Assembly: GCA_036785375.1 (NCBI GenBank)
Contig: JAWMAR010000722.1
Location: forward strand, 496,001 to 560,000
Length of the DNA: 64,000 bases
Source of the DNA: Leucoraja ocellata
Taxonomy: Eukaryota
Reading direction: 5' to 3'
In this document: piece after piece, positions 39,637 to 51,842 of the stretch
How positions within the stretch are numbered: the first letter of the stretch is position 1
Layout of the letters: every line of letters starts with the position of its first letter
Position numbers and translations under genes: made by a program
Notes under the pieces: model-generated
Told to the model about the DNA's origin: nothing
The model's input: only the letters and a program-made list of their open reading frames with translations
Database searches by the model: none

Positions 39637-42063
39637 ATAGAAACATAGAAACATAGAAACATAGAAATTAGGTGCAGGAGTAGGCCATTCGGCCCTTCGA
39701 GCCTGCACCGCCATTTAATATGATCATGGCTGATCATCCAACTCAGTATCCCGTACCTGCTTTTTCTCCATACCCTCTGATCCCCTTGGCCACAAGGGCC
39801 ACATCTAACTCCCTCTTAAATATAGCCAATGAACTGGCCTCAACTACCCTCTGTGGCAGAGAGTTCCAGAGATTCACCACTCTCTGTGTGAAAAAAGTTC
39901 TCCTCATCTCGGTTTTAAAGGATTTCCCCCTTATCCTTAAGCTGTGACCCCTTGTCCTGGACTTCCCCAACATCGGAAACAATCTTCCTGCATCTAGCCT
40001 GTCCAACCCCTTAAGAATTTTGTAAGTTTCTATAAGATCCCCTCTCAATCTCCTAAACTCTAGAGAGTATAAACCAAGTCTATCCAGTCTTTCTTCATAA
40101 GACAGTCCTGACATCCCAGGAATCAGTCTGGTGAACCTTCTCTGCACTCCCTCTATGGCAATAATGTCCTTCCTCAGATTTGGAGACCAAAACTGCACGC
40201 AATACTCCAGGTGTGGTCTCACCAAGACCCTATACAACTGCAGTAGAACCTCCCTGCTCCTATACTCAAATCCTCTTGCTATGAAAGCCAACATGCCATT
40301 CGCTTTCTTTACTGCCTGCTGCACCTGCATGCCTACCTTCAATGACTGGTGTACCATGACACCCAGGTCTCGCTGCATCTCCCCCTTTCCCAATCGGCCA
40401 CCGTTTAGATAATAATCTGCTTTCCCGTTTTTGCCACCAAAATGGATAACCTCACATTTATCCACATTAAACTGCATCTGCCAAACATTTGCCCACTCAC
40501 CCAGCCTATCCAAGTCACTTTGCAGTCTCCTAGCATCCTCCTCACACCTAACACTGCCCCCCAGCTTAGTGTCATCCGCAAACTTGGAGATATTGCCTTC
40601 AATTCCCTCATCCAGATCATTAATATATATTGTAAATAGCTGGGGTCCCAGCACTGAGCCTTGCGGTACCCCACTAGTCACTGCCTGCCATTGTGAAAAG
40701 GACCCGTTTACTCCTACTCTTTGCTTCCTGTTTGCCAGCCAGTTCTCTATCCACATCAATACTGAACCCCCAATGCCATGTGCTTTAAGTTTGTATACTA
40801 ATCTCTTATGTGGGACCTTGTCGAAAGCCTTCTGGAAGTCCAGATACACCACATCCACTGGTTCTCCCCTATCCACGCTACTAGTTACATCCTCGAAAAA
40901 TTCTATAAGATTCGTCAGACATGATTTACCTTTCGTAAATCCATGCTGACTTTGTCCAATGATTTCACCACTTTCTAAATGTGCTGCTATCCCATCTTTA
41001 ATAACTGACTCTAGCGGTTCCCCACTACCGATGTTAGGCTAACTGGTCTGTAATTCCCCGTTTTCTCTCTCCCTCCCTTCTTAAAAAGTGGGGTAACGTT
41101 TGCTACCCGCCAATCCTCTGGAACTACTCCAGAATCTAAGGAGTTTTGAAAGATTATTACTAATGCATCCACTATTTCTGGAGCTATTTCCTTAAGTACT
41201 CTGGGATGCAGCCTATCTGGCCCTGGGGATTTATCAGCCTTTAATCCATTCAATTTACCCAACACCACTTCCCGACTAACCTGGATTTCACTCAATTCCT
41301 CCACCTCCTTTGACCCGCAGGCCCCTGCTATTTCCGGCAGATCATTTATGTCTTCCTTAGTGAAGACGGAACCAAAGTAGTTATTCAATTGGTCCGCCAT
41401 ATCCTGGTTCCCCATGATCAACTCACCTGTTTCTGACTGCAAGGGACCTACATTTGTTTTAACTAATCTCTTTCTTTTCACATATCTATAAAAACTTTTG
41501 CAGTCAGATTTTATGTTCACTGCCAGTTTTCTTTCATAATCCATTTTTCCTTTTCTAATTAAGCCCTTCGTCCTCCTCTGCTGGTCTCTGAATTTCTCCC
41601 AGTCCTCCGGTATGCTGCTTTTTCTGGCTAGTTTGTACGCATCATCCTTTGCTTTGATACTATCCCTGATTTCCCTTGTTATCCATGGATGCACTACCTT
41701 CCCTGATTTATTCTTTTGCCAAACTGGGATGAACAATTTTTGTAGTTCATCCATGCAGTCTTTAAATGCCTTCCATTGCATATCCACCGTCAACCCTTTT
41801 AGAATTACTTGCCAGTCAATCTTGGCCAATTCACGTCTCATACCCTCAAAGTTACCTTTCTTTAAGTTCAAAACCATTGTTTCTGAATTAACAATGTCAC
41901 TCTCCATCCTAATGAAGAACTCAACCATATTATGGTCACTCTTGCCCAAGGGGCCACGCACAACAAGACTACTAACTAACCCTTCCTCATTACTCAATAC
42001 CCAGTCTAAAATAGCCAGCTCTCTCGTTGGTTCCTCTACATGTTGGTTTAGATAACTATCCCG
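39637..42063 (-). mobile_element. Young 5'-truncated CR1 LINE, 2.4 kb of ORF2 with a single frameshift
   Basis: ORFs 41011-42096 (endonuclease end LGKSDHNMV, NYRPVSLTSVVG) and 39743-40876 (YLDFQKAFDKVPH, GVPQGSVLGP, FADDTK, VRPHLEY); 1-bp loss near 41018; (ATAGAAAC)4 tail. Confidence 0.97.
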
Positions 42064-42389
42064 TATAACCATATAACCATATAACCATATAACCATATAA
42101 CAATTACAGCACGGAAACAGGCCATCTCGGCCCTACAAGTCCGTGCCGAACAAATTTTTTTTCCCCCCTTAGTCCCACCTGCCTGCACTCATACCATAAC
42201 CCTCCATTCCCTTCTCATCCATATGCCTATCCAAACTGAATCTCTAAGATGTTAACGTTGGCAGTCTTGATCGCAATATTCAATGTTAAGTGTAGGTGGT
42301 TTGATTCACTCTTGTTGAAAACACACCTTGTCTGACACTTTTACTTTGCAAAGATTACCTGCTACTTATTAGCCAATGTTTAGTTTAGT

Positions 42390-43030
42390 TTAAGGTAGAC
42401 AAAAATGCTGGAGGAACTCAGCGGGTGAGGCAGCATCTATGGAAAGAAGAAATAGGCAACGTTTTGGGTCGAGACCCTTCTTCAGACTGATGTTGGGGGG
42501 GGGGGGGGGAAGAAAGGAAGAGGCAGAGACAGTAGACTTGTGGGAGAACTGGGAAGGGGGAGGGGAAGAAGGGAGAATGCAAGGACTATCTGAAATTGGA
42601 GAAGTCAAAGACTATCTGAAATTGGAGAAGTTCATACCGCTGGGGTGTAAACTACTTAAGCGAAATATGAGGTGCTGTTCCTCCAAATTGCGCTGGGCCT
42701 TACTCTGGCCATGGAGGAGGCCCAGGCCAGAAAGGTCAGATTCGGAATCGGAGAGGGAGTTGAAGTGCTGAGCCACCGGGAGATCCAATTGGTTAGTGCG
42801 AACTGAGCGGAGGTGTTGGGCAAAGCGATCGCCGAGCCTGCGCTTGGTCTCGCCGATGTAGCGAAGTTGACACCTGGAACAGCAGATGCAGCAGATGAGG
42901 TTGGAAGAGGTGCAGGTAAACCTCTGCCTCACCTGGAAAGACTGCTTGGGTCCTTGGATGGAGTTGAGGGGGGAGGTAAAGCGACAAGTGTAGCAAGGGG
43001 GTGGGTGGTTTCAGTGGGAAGGGATGAATT
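42390..43030 (-). mobile_element. Penelope-like element 3' part (GIY-YIG endonuclease and terminal repeat)
   Basis: ORF 42612-42932 RQRFTCTSSNLICCICCSRCQLRYIGETKRRLGDRFAQH...LEEQHLIFRL; mutated hammerhead core near 42459-42486. Confidence 0.9.
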
Positions 43031-43036
43031 GACCAG

Positions 43037-43322
43037 AGAGATACAGCATGGAAACAGGCACTTTGGCCCAATGAGTCAACGCTGACCAGCAATCACCAGT
43101 ACGTTAGTTCTATCTTATCCATTAGGGACAATTTACAAAATCCACAAACCTGCAAACCTATAAACGTTTTTGGAATGTGGAAGGAAAGCAGAACACCTGG
43201 AAGAAACCCACATGGTCACAGGGAGAACGTACAAACTCCACATAGCCAACACCTGTAGTCAGGATCGAACCCCCTCCTCTGGCGTTGTAAGGCAGCAACT
43301 CCACTGCTGTGCTGCTGTGCCA
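43037..43322 (-). mobile_element. HE1-like V-SINE
   Basis: Head and V-domain on the minus strand. Confidence 0.75.
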
Positions 43323-43324
43323 TT

Positions 43325-43920
43325 CCACTGTGTTGCCATGGGTCTTGCTGCATATAGGCATAGACAGCCTCATTTGCTGAGGTTTTGAAAATGGAAGTGA
43401 AAATTGTGCAATCATCAATGAAGCACCCCACTTCTGACCTTAAGATGGGAGGAACATCATTGAGAATCAGCTGAAGATGTTTGAGCCCAGCGCACTGGCC
43501 TGAGGAACAGCTGAAGTGGTGTCCTGAGTTGCGATGTTGGCCCTCCAACAACCAAAAGCATTTTCCCTTGTGCGAGGTATAAACCCTGTTATTGAAGCAT
43601 CTTCCTCTTGGTGTCCATTGAATTCCGTTCTACCAGGGATCCTTGATGCTGCACTCAATCAAATGCGTCCTTGATGTCAAAGGCATTAGCCACAGTCCAT
43701 CTCTGGAATTTAGCTCTTTGGGCCTTGGTCCAAGACTGTGATCATGGCCTGAGAGATATCCAAACTTGGCATCGCTGAGCAGGTGATGGATAAGTGCTGT
43801 TTGATGAAAATTTCCATCACTTTGTTGATGAATGAGACTAATAAATTAGTAATTAGCCAGGTTAGATAAGATACCTGATTTCCAAATTGTTGGGTTGAGG
43901 CCAATGGTTGTACTTGGACC
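43325..43920 (-). mobile_element. Old CR1-type RT fragment
   Basis: VPQASALGSNIFS and RSEVGCFIDDCTIF resemble GVPQGSVLGP / FADD motifs. Confidence 0.7.
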
Positions 43921-44113
43921 AAGATTTTGTAAGTCTTTGCTGCACGCAGGTGAGGTGCTAGATGACTGAATGACAGTAAATATCATTGTCTTTATTGAAA
44001 CAGGGCAGCAGAGTTAAGCCAGGTAATTACAGTCCAGTGAGTTGAATGTTAGTGGAAGGGAATTTATTGATAAAAAATACTAAAGGACAAATTAATCTGC
44101 ACCAGGAAATACT

Positions 44114-44422
44114 GCGGTCATGGTGGTGCAGTGGTAGAAATGCTGCCTTACAGCGAATGCAGCGCTGGAGACCCGGGTTCGATCCCGAAGACGGGTGCTG
44201 TCTGTACGGAGTTTGTATGGTTTCCCCGTGATCTGCGTGGGTTTTCTCCGAGATCTTCGGTTTCCTCCCACACTCCAAAGACGTACAGGTTTGTAGATTA
44301 ATTGGCTTGGTAAATGTAAAATATAGGATAGTGTTAATGTGCAGGGATCGCTGGTTGGCGCGGACCCTGTGGGCCGAAGGGCCCGTTTCCTTGCTGTATC
44401 TCTAAACTAAACTAAACTAAAC
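44114..44422 (+). mobile_element. HE1-like V-SINE (variant head)
   Basis: gggttcgatccc B box, V-domain, (taaac)4 tail. Confidence 0.85.
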
Positions 44423-44744
44423 AAAGGGTAGTCAGGGATAGCACAATGTCGTTGGTGAAATTTCCTGCCTGCCTTCAATGAGTATTTTGGAAAAAAAAAA
44501 TCGCAAGATATATTGATTAGCGCAGCACGGTTACTTTGTCTGCATTAAGTTCAGATGCCTGATCGGATACAGCATTCCAGTTTTAGAGTATAATGCAAAC
44601 AGAAAATGAAACTCAGCAGGACTGGCCAGATCAGTAGAAAGAAAAACAGAGTTAAACAGAGTTGCCCGACAAGAAATCTTCAACCTGAAACATTAGTTCT
44701 ATTTCTGTTTCTGCTGACACTGCCTGATCTGCCGATCATTTAGA

Positions 44745-45210
44745 TCATAGAGTGATACCGTGTGGAAACAGGCCCTTCGGCCCAACTTGCCCACACCGGC
44801 CAACATGTCCCAGCTACACTAGTCCCACCTGCCTGTACTTGGTCCATATCCCTCCAAACTTGACCTATCCATATACCTGTCTAACTGTTTCTTAAACTTT
44901 GGGATAGTCCCAGCATCAATTACCTCTTCTGGCAGCTTGTTCCATACACCCACCTGGAACATTGTTCCATACACATGTGTGAAAAAGTAACCCCTCAGAT
45001 TCCTATTCAATCTTTTCCCCTTCACCTTGAATCTATGTCCTCTGGTCCTCGATTCCCCTACTCTGGGCAAGAAATTCTGTGCATCTATTCCTGTCTTGAT
45101 CTTATACACCTCTATAAGATTACCCCTCATCCTCCAGCTCTCCAAGGAATAGAGACCCAGCCCACTCAACCTATCTGTAAAGCTCAGACCCTCTTGTCCT
45201 GGCAACATCT
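44745..45210 (-). mobile_element. CR1 3' fragment (second subfamily)
   Basis: ORF 44819-45208 LGLYSLESWRMRGNLIEVYKI...ESRTRGHRFKV...VWNKLPEEV. Confidence 0.9.
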
Positions 45211-45658
45211 TTGTGAATTCTGGAATTTCTCCTTTTATTTAACATACAGGATCTACAGCTTGTGGGTTTTTATGGTATGTGTATGTGCTGCCTATCCACA
45301 TGTTGGATATCTGTTCACCTGTTCTACAATATACAGCCGGATGGCAGGACTGATCCCCTCTCTATCTACTTTACTCAGTAGGGAGTCTTGTCTGAACACT
45401 AGAGTTCACTGCAGATTACTTATCTGCTACTCTGTCTGGGGAATGAGATTTGTCCTGTTAAATTAATATTCGGTAATTCTTGCCAAAGACAAACTTCCTG
45501 CGTGCATTGTTTATCTTGAGTTATGGCCATTTTTTTTTAACGAGCCAAAATTATGATGTAATTGAGCATTAGTGTAGGTTATTGTTATATTTCTTTTAAT
45601 AATCCAGGTTTTTATTGTATTTCAGGCACAGCCTTTGACGTGAAGTTCATGGTACATC

Positions 45659-45704
45659 ATGGTGACTGTTCGAAGAGTACTAGCATTATTTAGCATATCA
45701 TTAG
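45659..45704 (+). CDS. IGSF5: IGSF5-like, first coding exon (signal peptide MVTVRRVLALFSISL-G); exon spans 45626-45704
   Basis: Acceptor ttgtatttcag, strong Kozak atcATGG, in-frame upstream TGA at 45641, TAG|GTAAGT donor in phase 1 that joins the Ig1 exon to give ...FSISLGVCLSATIIEGP. Confidence 0.8.
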
Positions 45705-46019
45705 GTAAGTAGTCTGCCCATAGAAGCACTTTTTATACGGCTGCAGTGAAATAAATTCCTTCAAATGAAATTCCTTCTTTGAAACTCATCTCTTCAAATT
45801 TCCCCCTCCTTTAGACTTCAGACTTTATAGAGATACAGCGTGGAAACAGGCCCTTTGGCCCACCGAGTCCATGCTGACCATCGATCACCTGTTGTCACTA
45901 GTTCTATGATATCCCACTTTCGCATCCTACACACTAAGGGCAATTTGCAGAGGAGAATTGACCTACAAATCTGCTTGCCTTTGGAATGTGGAATGCTGTA
46001 TCTCTCTAACGTTCCTCTG

Positions 46020-46306
46020 AGAGATACAGCATGGAAACAGGCCCTTCGCTCCACCGAGTCCATGCCGGTCAGCGATCACTCCGTACACTAACACTGCCCT
46101 ACATAGCAGGGACAATTTACAGAAGCCAATTAATATACAAACTTGTAAGTCTTTGGACTGTTGGAGGAAGCCGGAGCACCTGGAGAAAACCCACGCAGTC
46201 ACAGAGAGAACGTACAAACTCTGTACTGACAGCACCCATAGTCAGAATTGAACCCGGGACTCAGGCGCTGTAAGGCAACAACTCTACCAGTGCGCCACTG
46301 TGCCGT
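46020..46306 (-). mobile_element. HE1-like V-SINE (adjacent partial copy at 45815-45995)
   Basis: Complete SINE on the minus strand. Confidence 0.85.
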
Positions 46307-46468
46307 CCTTCTGGTTATGTTATAGGTTCCAAAAATTCCAAAGCATCCTTAAGTGGCTATAGTCTCAGGTGAGACTTTAAATAGATTGATCAGATCAGCA
46401 GATTGCCAGCTCACCGACATCCTTCAGAGACGGTCTCTGCTGCCCTTGCGTTGCCTGGCCTACATATA

Positions 46469-48060
46469 CAGTGGCTTGCAAACGTTTTCATACCCCTTGA
46501 ACTTTTCCACATTTTGTCACGTTACAACCACAAACGTAAATGTACTTTATTGGGATTTTATGTGATAGACCAACACAAAGTGGTGCATAATTGTGAAGTG
46601 GAAGGAAAATGATACATGGTTTTCAAATCTTTTTACAAATTAAAAACTGAAAAGTGTGGCATGCAAAAGTATTCAGCCCCCCTGAGTTAATACTTTGTAG
46701 AACCACCTTTCGCTGCAATTACAGCTGCAAGTCTTTTGGGGTATGTCTCTACGAGCTTTGCACAACTAGAGACTGAAATCTTTGCCCATTCTTCTTTGCA
46801 AAATAGCTCAAGATCAGTCAGATTGGATGGAGAGCGTCTGTGAACAGCAATTTTCAAGTCTTGCCAGAGATTCTCAATTGGATTTAGGTCTGGACTTTGA
46901 CTGGGCCATTCTAACACATGAATATGCTTTGATCTAAACCATTCCATTGTAGCTCTGGCTGGAAGGTGAACCTCCGCCTCAGTGTCAAGTCTTTTGCATA
47001 CTCTAACAGGTTTTCTTCCAAGATTGCCCTGTACTTGGCTCCATCCATCTTCCCATCAACTCTGACCAGCTTCCCTGTCCCTGCTGAAGAAAAATATCCC
47101 CACAGCATGATGCTGCCACTACCATGTTTTACAGTGGGGATGGTGTGTTCAGGGTGATGTGCAGTGTTAGTTTTCCGCCACACATAGCGTTTTGCATTTA
47201 GGCCAGAAACTTCAATTTTGGTCTCATCTGACCAGAGCACCTTCCTCCACATGTTTGCTGTGTCCCCCATATGGCTTGTGGCAAACTGCAAACGGGACTT
47301 CTTACGGCTTTTTTTCAACAATGGCTTTCTTCTTGCCACTCTTCCATAAAGGCCCGATTTGTGGAGTGCACGACTAATAGTTGTCCTGTGGACAGATTCT
47401 CCCACCTGAGCTGTGGATCTCTGCAGCTCCTCCAGAGTTACCATGGGCCTCTTGGCTGCTTCTCTGATCAATGCTCTCCTTGCCCGGCTTGTCAGTTTAG
47501 GTGGACGGCCATGTCTTGGTAGGTTTGCAGTTGTGCCATACTCTTTCCATTTTCGGATGATGGATTGAACAGTGCTCCGTGAGATGTTCAAATCTTGGGA
47601 TATTTTTTTATAATCTAACCCTGCTTTAAACTTCTCCACAACTTTATCCCTGACCTGTATGGTGTGTTCCTTGGGCTTCATGATGCTGTTTGTTCACTAA
47701 TGTTCACTAACAAACCTCCGAGACCTTCACAGAACAGCTGTATTTATACTGAGATTAGATTACACCCAAGTGGACTCTATTTACTAATTAGGTGACTTCT
47801 GAAGGCAATTGGTTGCACTGGATTTTATTTAGGGGTATCAGAGTAAAGGGGGCTGAATACTTTTGCAGGCCACACTTTTCAGTTTTTTATTTGTAAAAAA
47901 ATTTGAAAACCATGTATCATTTTCCTCCCACTTCACAATTATGCGCCACTTTGTGTTGGTCTATCACATAAAATCCCAATAAAATAAATTTACGTTTGTG
48001 GTTGTAACGTGACACAATGTGGAAAAGTTCAAGGGGTATGAATACTTTTGCAAGCCACTG
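46469..48060 (-). mobile_element. Full-length Tc1-like DNA transposon (IR/DR type)
   Basis: About 213-bp TIRs starting CAGTGGCTTGCAAA, TA target duplication on both sides, repeated gcaaaagtattca sites at the TIR ends. Confidence 0.97.
46687..47681 (-). pseudogene. Tc1 DD34E transposase, inactivated by a small deletion and frameshift
   Basis: Paired-like HTH, GRPPK, WSDETK and [11 protein letters not shown] are present; the QDNDPKH motif (second catalytic Asp) is missing near 46960 and the frame shifts there. Confidence 0.95.
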
Positions 48061-49070
48061 TACCTGTAACTCCAGGTCCATTAATGTGATTCACTCTTCC
48101 TCTCCAGCAGCTCAGCTAGGACTGGTACAGTGAATCTGGTTTAGTCAGTGATGTTCACCTTCTGTGTGTAAATTAAAAAATAATTATGCAACCAGCTTAA
48201 TCAAACAAAGGCCAGAAAACAAAACATTTATTTTTTGCTCTCCTAGAATTGTGAAAGGCTTGAATACAGTGGATGCGGAGAGGGAGAGTGGGAGAGTCTA
48301 GGACTAGAAGTCATAGCTTCAAAATTAAAGAACATTCTTTTAGGAAGGAGATGAGGAGAAATTTCTTTAGTCAGAGGGTGGTGAATCTGTGAAATTCTTT
48401 GCCTGTGGAGGCCAAGTCAGTGGATATATTTAAGGCTGAGATAGATAGATTCTTGATTAGTATGGGTGTCAGAGGTTATGGGGAGAAGTCAGGAGAATGG
48501 GGTTAGGAGGGAGAGATAGATCAGCCATGATTGAATGGCAGAATAGACGATGGGTCGAATGGCCTAATTCTACTCCTGTCACTTATGATCTTATGATCTC
48601 TCCCTGATTATGAGGTAACATATTTTTTAAATGCAAACGCAGTTGCACAATGGTAGCACTGCTGCCTCACAGTGCTAGAGACCCTGATGTTAACACGGGT
48701 GCTGTCTGTGTGTGTTTCGTGTGACCGTGTAGGTTTTCACTGGGTGCTCCGTTTTCCTCCCATATCCCAAAGATGTGCAGGTTTGTAGGTTAATTAGCTC
48801 TTGTAAATTGTGCCTGGTGTAGATGCATAAGTGGGTTAACATGGATATTGTGTGGATGGGTGGCCGATGGTCGGCCTGGACTCTGTGAATACTTCCTAAA
48901 TGTTATGATTTCCCCATCCCTGCAGCCAGTGTGTACCAGATCTCAACAGCACAGTGGGTGTTGTAAACGTTTTCCTTCAAGTCACCTCGAAATCTTCGAC
49001 CCCCTCAACTTAAACCTGCGCCCTCTGGTCATGAACATCTTTCTGGGTGGAAACGTTCCTCACTACTTTT

Positions 49071-49357
49071 GGGCAGCACAGTGGCGCAGCGGTAGAGCTT
49101 CTGCCTCGTAGCACCAGAGACCCGGGTTTGATTCTGACTGTGGGTACTGTCTGTATGGACTTTGAACGTACTCCCTGTGACTGCGTTGGATTTCTCCTGG
49201 TGCTGCGGTTTCCTCCCACATTCCGAAGACGTACAGATTTGTAGGTTAATTGGCTTTGGTAAAATTGTAAATTGTCCGTAGTGTGTGTGGGGTGATCGCT
49301 GTGTCAGCGTGGACCCATAGGGCCTGTTTCCACGCTGTATCTCTAAAGTAAAGTAAA
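49071..49357 (+). mobile_element. HE1-like V-SINE (another copy at about 48640-48880)
   Basis: gggcagcacagtggcgcagcggtagagc head, V-domain, tail. Confidence 0.85.
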
Positions 49358-51101
49358 TTCTTCACCGACAGTTACACTTTTGATTGCCTTTATTTGAACA
49401 TCTGGAATCCCTTCCATAAATCTGTCCACTTTGCTCTCTTTCCTCAGAAATGTCTCCTAAAACATCTAATGCATGACTTATTTTGTTTAATAGCAACTTT
49501 GGGGCATTAACAGCCTACGAAACATCTCAAATATTTTGTTACATTAAAAGGTTTACAATAGAAAGTGTTTGTGCTGTTAGTTACCAGTGATTCATCATTT
49601 AGTTCTGTGTCAACATTCAACCTACACTGGTGTGATGGGAGTCCAATCTGTCAGCTACAATCATATGTTAAATAAGGCTTGACTATCCCAATCTGCTTCT
49701 AAGGGGATAGAGGGCTGTGGCAGTACACTGCTCACTCTTGGCAATGTCGCCGATAGGCCTAAGGTACTAAGCGTGGGCAGTGAATATAAGTGTCACACTG
49801 GAACAATACAAGATCTTCTTCCAAATTAGAGGGTGTGGAGAATAAGCATAGGTTTGATCTGCGAACTGTATTTGACCTGGGAAATGCCAGGTGCTAAGCT
49901 GAAAATTGGGAAGAATTTAGTTTTTTTAGTTTTAGAGATACATAGAAAATAGGTGCAGGAGTAGGCCATTCCTCCCTTCGAGCCAGCACCGCCATTAAAT
50001 ATGATCATGGCTGATCATCGACAATCAGTAGCCGGCTTTCTACTTTCTCCTAGAAGGGTTTTGGCCCAAAACGTTGCCTATTTCCTTCGCTCCATAGGTG
50101 CTGCCGCACCCGTTGAGTTTCACCAGCAATTTTGTCTACCTTCTCCCCATATCCCTTGATTCCATTAGCCCTAAGAGCTCTATATAACTCTCTCTTGAAT
50201 ACACCGTGGATATAGGCTGTTTCCACGCTGTATCCCTAAAAACGAAACAGTAATTATTTTTAATCTATCCATTTATCACGCCCTGTACAGTGCCTAATAT
50301 TTCCAGGTAAGTATTGTCAACAGTTATCTCTCCCCAGAGAAATTACATAGAATTGTCAGGGTCTAGACTTCTGTGTTTATTTCCCTGCAATAAGACTTGA
50401 AATACATTTTCTGAGTCAGAGGCGAGAGTGTTCCCAACTGAACTATAACTGGTCTTAATAGTTCAGATTCTTTGATCTTCAATGTCCATTTCTCCTTCAT
50501 CACATTATTCCATTGGAGACAATGCGTTGTGGGTGTTGTGTAACCTACTATCAAGTGCAAATGTCACATCCTGTTATTTATTGGGGACTGAGATGAAGAA
50601 GGGTCTCGACCCAAAAATGTCACCCATTCCTTCTATCCAGAGATGCTGCCTGCCCCGCTGAGTTACTCCAGCATTTTGTGTCTATCTTCGGTGTAAACCA
50701 ACATCTGCAGTTCCTTCCTTTACATTTTCCAATAGGTTCCGTTGCCTTTCAGATGTGAGTTGCGTTCAGACATCACCAGATACTCCCATACACCAAAAAA
50801 TTGTCACAGGCCTATTTATAGGCCTCTGTGCTTGAATAGCTTTCCTCTCTTAAAATTAGACAATCTTATATATTTGACATTGGCTACATTTCACAGTAGT
50901 GTAGTTAGATTCACATTGCCTTTGAAGTCTCCACTTAATGATACCCAGACCCTGTGGAAAATTTACGAGTGCAGTACGACTGTTATGGACTTGAAAGTCA
51001 AGAGTACTTTTAATGTCAATTTTTTTCCCCCTTTCTTTCAGATTCATCCTGTAGATTGACTGAATTGTACTGTTACTCACTATCAACTGTTTATCTTTTA
51101 G

Positions 51102-51416
51102 GTGTGTGTTTATCGGCTACAATCATAGAAGGTCCAAAAGATGCCTTTGCTTTGGTTCACTCTGATGCCGCATTCAACTGCACAGTATCATTGAATTGGA
51201 AAATTATCATCTGGATGATAGGGCGCATACCCATCCTTACCGTTGTAAAAGAAGGACCAATTGAAACAAATCCCCAGTTTGGACATCAGAACTACTCAAC
51301 TACGACCACATTTATTTCCGAACTCATCATCTCAAGGGTAACCATGCAAAACAATATGACAGTACAGTGCAACATTCAAACCGAAGAATTTCGACAGGCA
51401 TTTCTGTTTGTACAAG
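51102..51416 (+). CDS. IGSF5: IGSF5-like, Ig domain 1 exon (315 nt, phase 1-1)
   Basis: IIEGPKDAFALVHSDAAFNCTVSLNWKIIIWMI...FISELIISRV...VQCNIQ...AFLFVQ matches the recalled IGSF5/JAM4 pattern VIEGPQN...ARFNCTVSQGWKLIMW; ttatcttttag acceptor and AAG|GTCAGT donor. Confidence 0.9.
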
Positions 51417-51428
51417 GTCAGTATAATT

Positions 51429-51842
51429 TTCACTGCACACCTCCGCTCAGTCAGCATGAACCTACCTGATGTCCCGGTGGCCCAGCACTTCAACTCCTCC
51501 TCCCATTCCCAATCTGACCTTTCAGTCCTGGGCCTCCTCCATTGTCAGTGTGAGGCCCAGTGAAAATTGGAGGAACAGCACCTCATATTTCACTTGCGTA
51601 GTTTAGACCCCAGTGGTATCAACATTGACTTCTCTAACTTCAGATAGCCCTTGCTTTCTCTCTCCATCTCCTTCCCCTTCACAGTTCTCCCACTAGTCTT
51701 ACAGTCTCCAACTACATTCTATCTTTGTCCCACCCCTTCCCCTGACATCAGTCTGAAGAAGGGTCTCGACCTGAAACGGCGCCCATTTCTTCTCTCCAGA
51801 GATGCTGCCTGACCTGCTGAGTTACTCCAGCATTTTGTATCC
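51429..51842 (+). mobile_element. Penelope-like 3' fragment inserted next to the IGSF5 Ig1 splice donor
   Basis: HLRSV...VAQHFNS...KLEEQHLIF...PSGINIDFSNF, hammerhead-like core at 51753-51780; flanked by aggtcagtataatt and aggtcagtgtaatt. Confidence 0.85.

Noticed and set aside
39613-39668. Short tandem repeats considered as a CRISPR-like array
   Set aside because: 8-mer LINE tails with no spacers, in a vertebrate context.
40131-42055. Long + strand ORFs (172 aa, 147 aa and others)
   Set aside because: Antisense frames of CR1 ORF2.
49071-49145. tRNA-like sequences (here and at other SINE heads)
   Set aside because: A and B boxes run straight into the V-SINE body; not tRNA genes.
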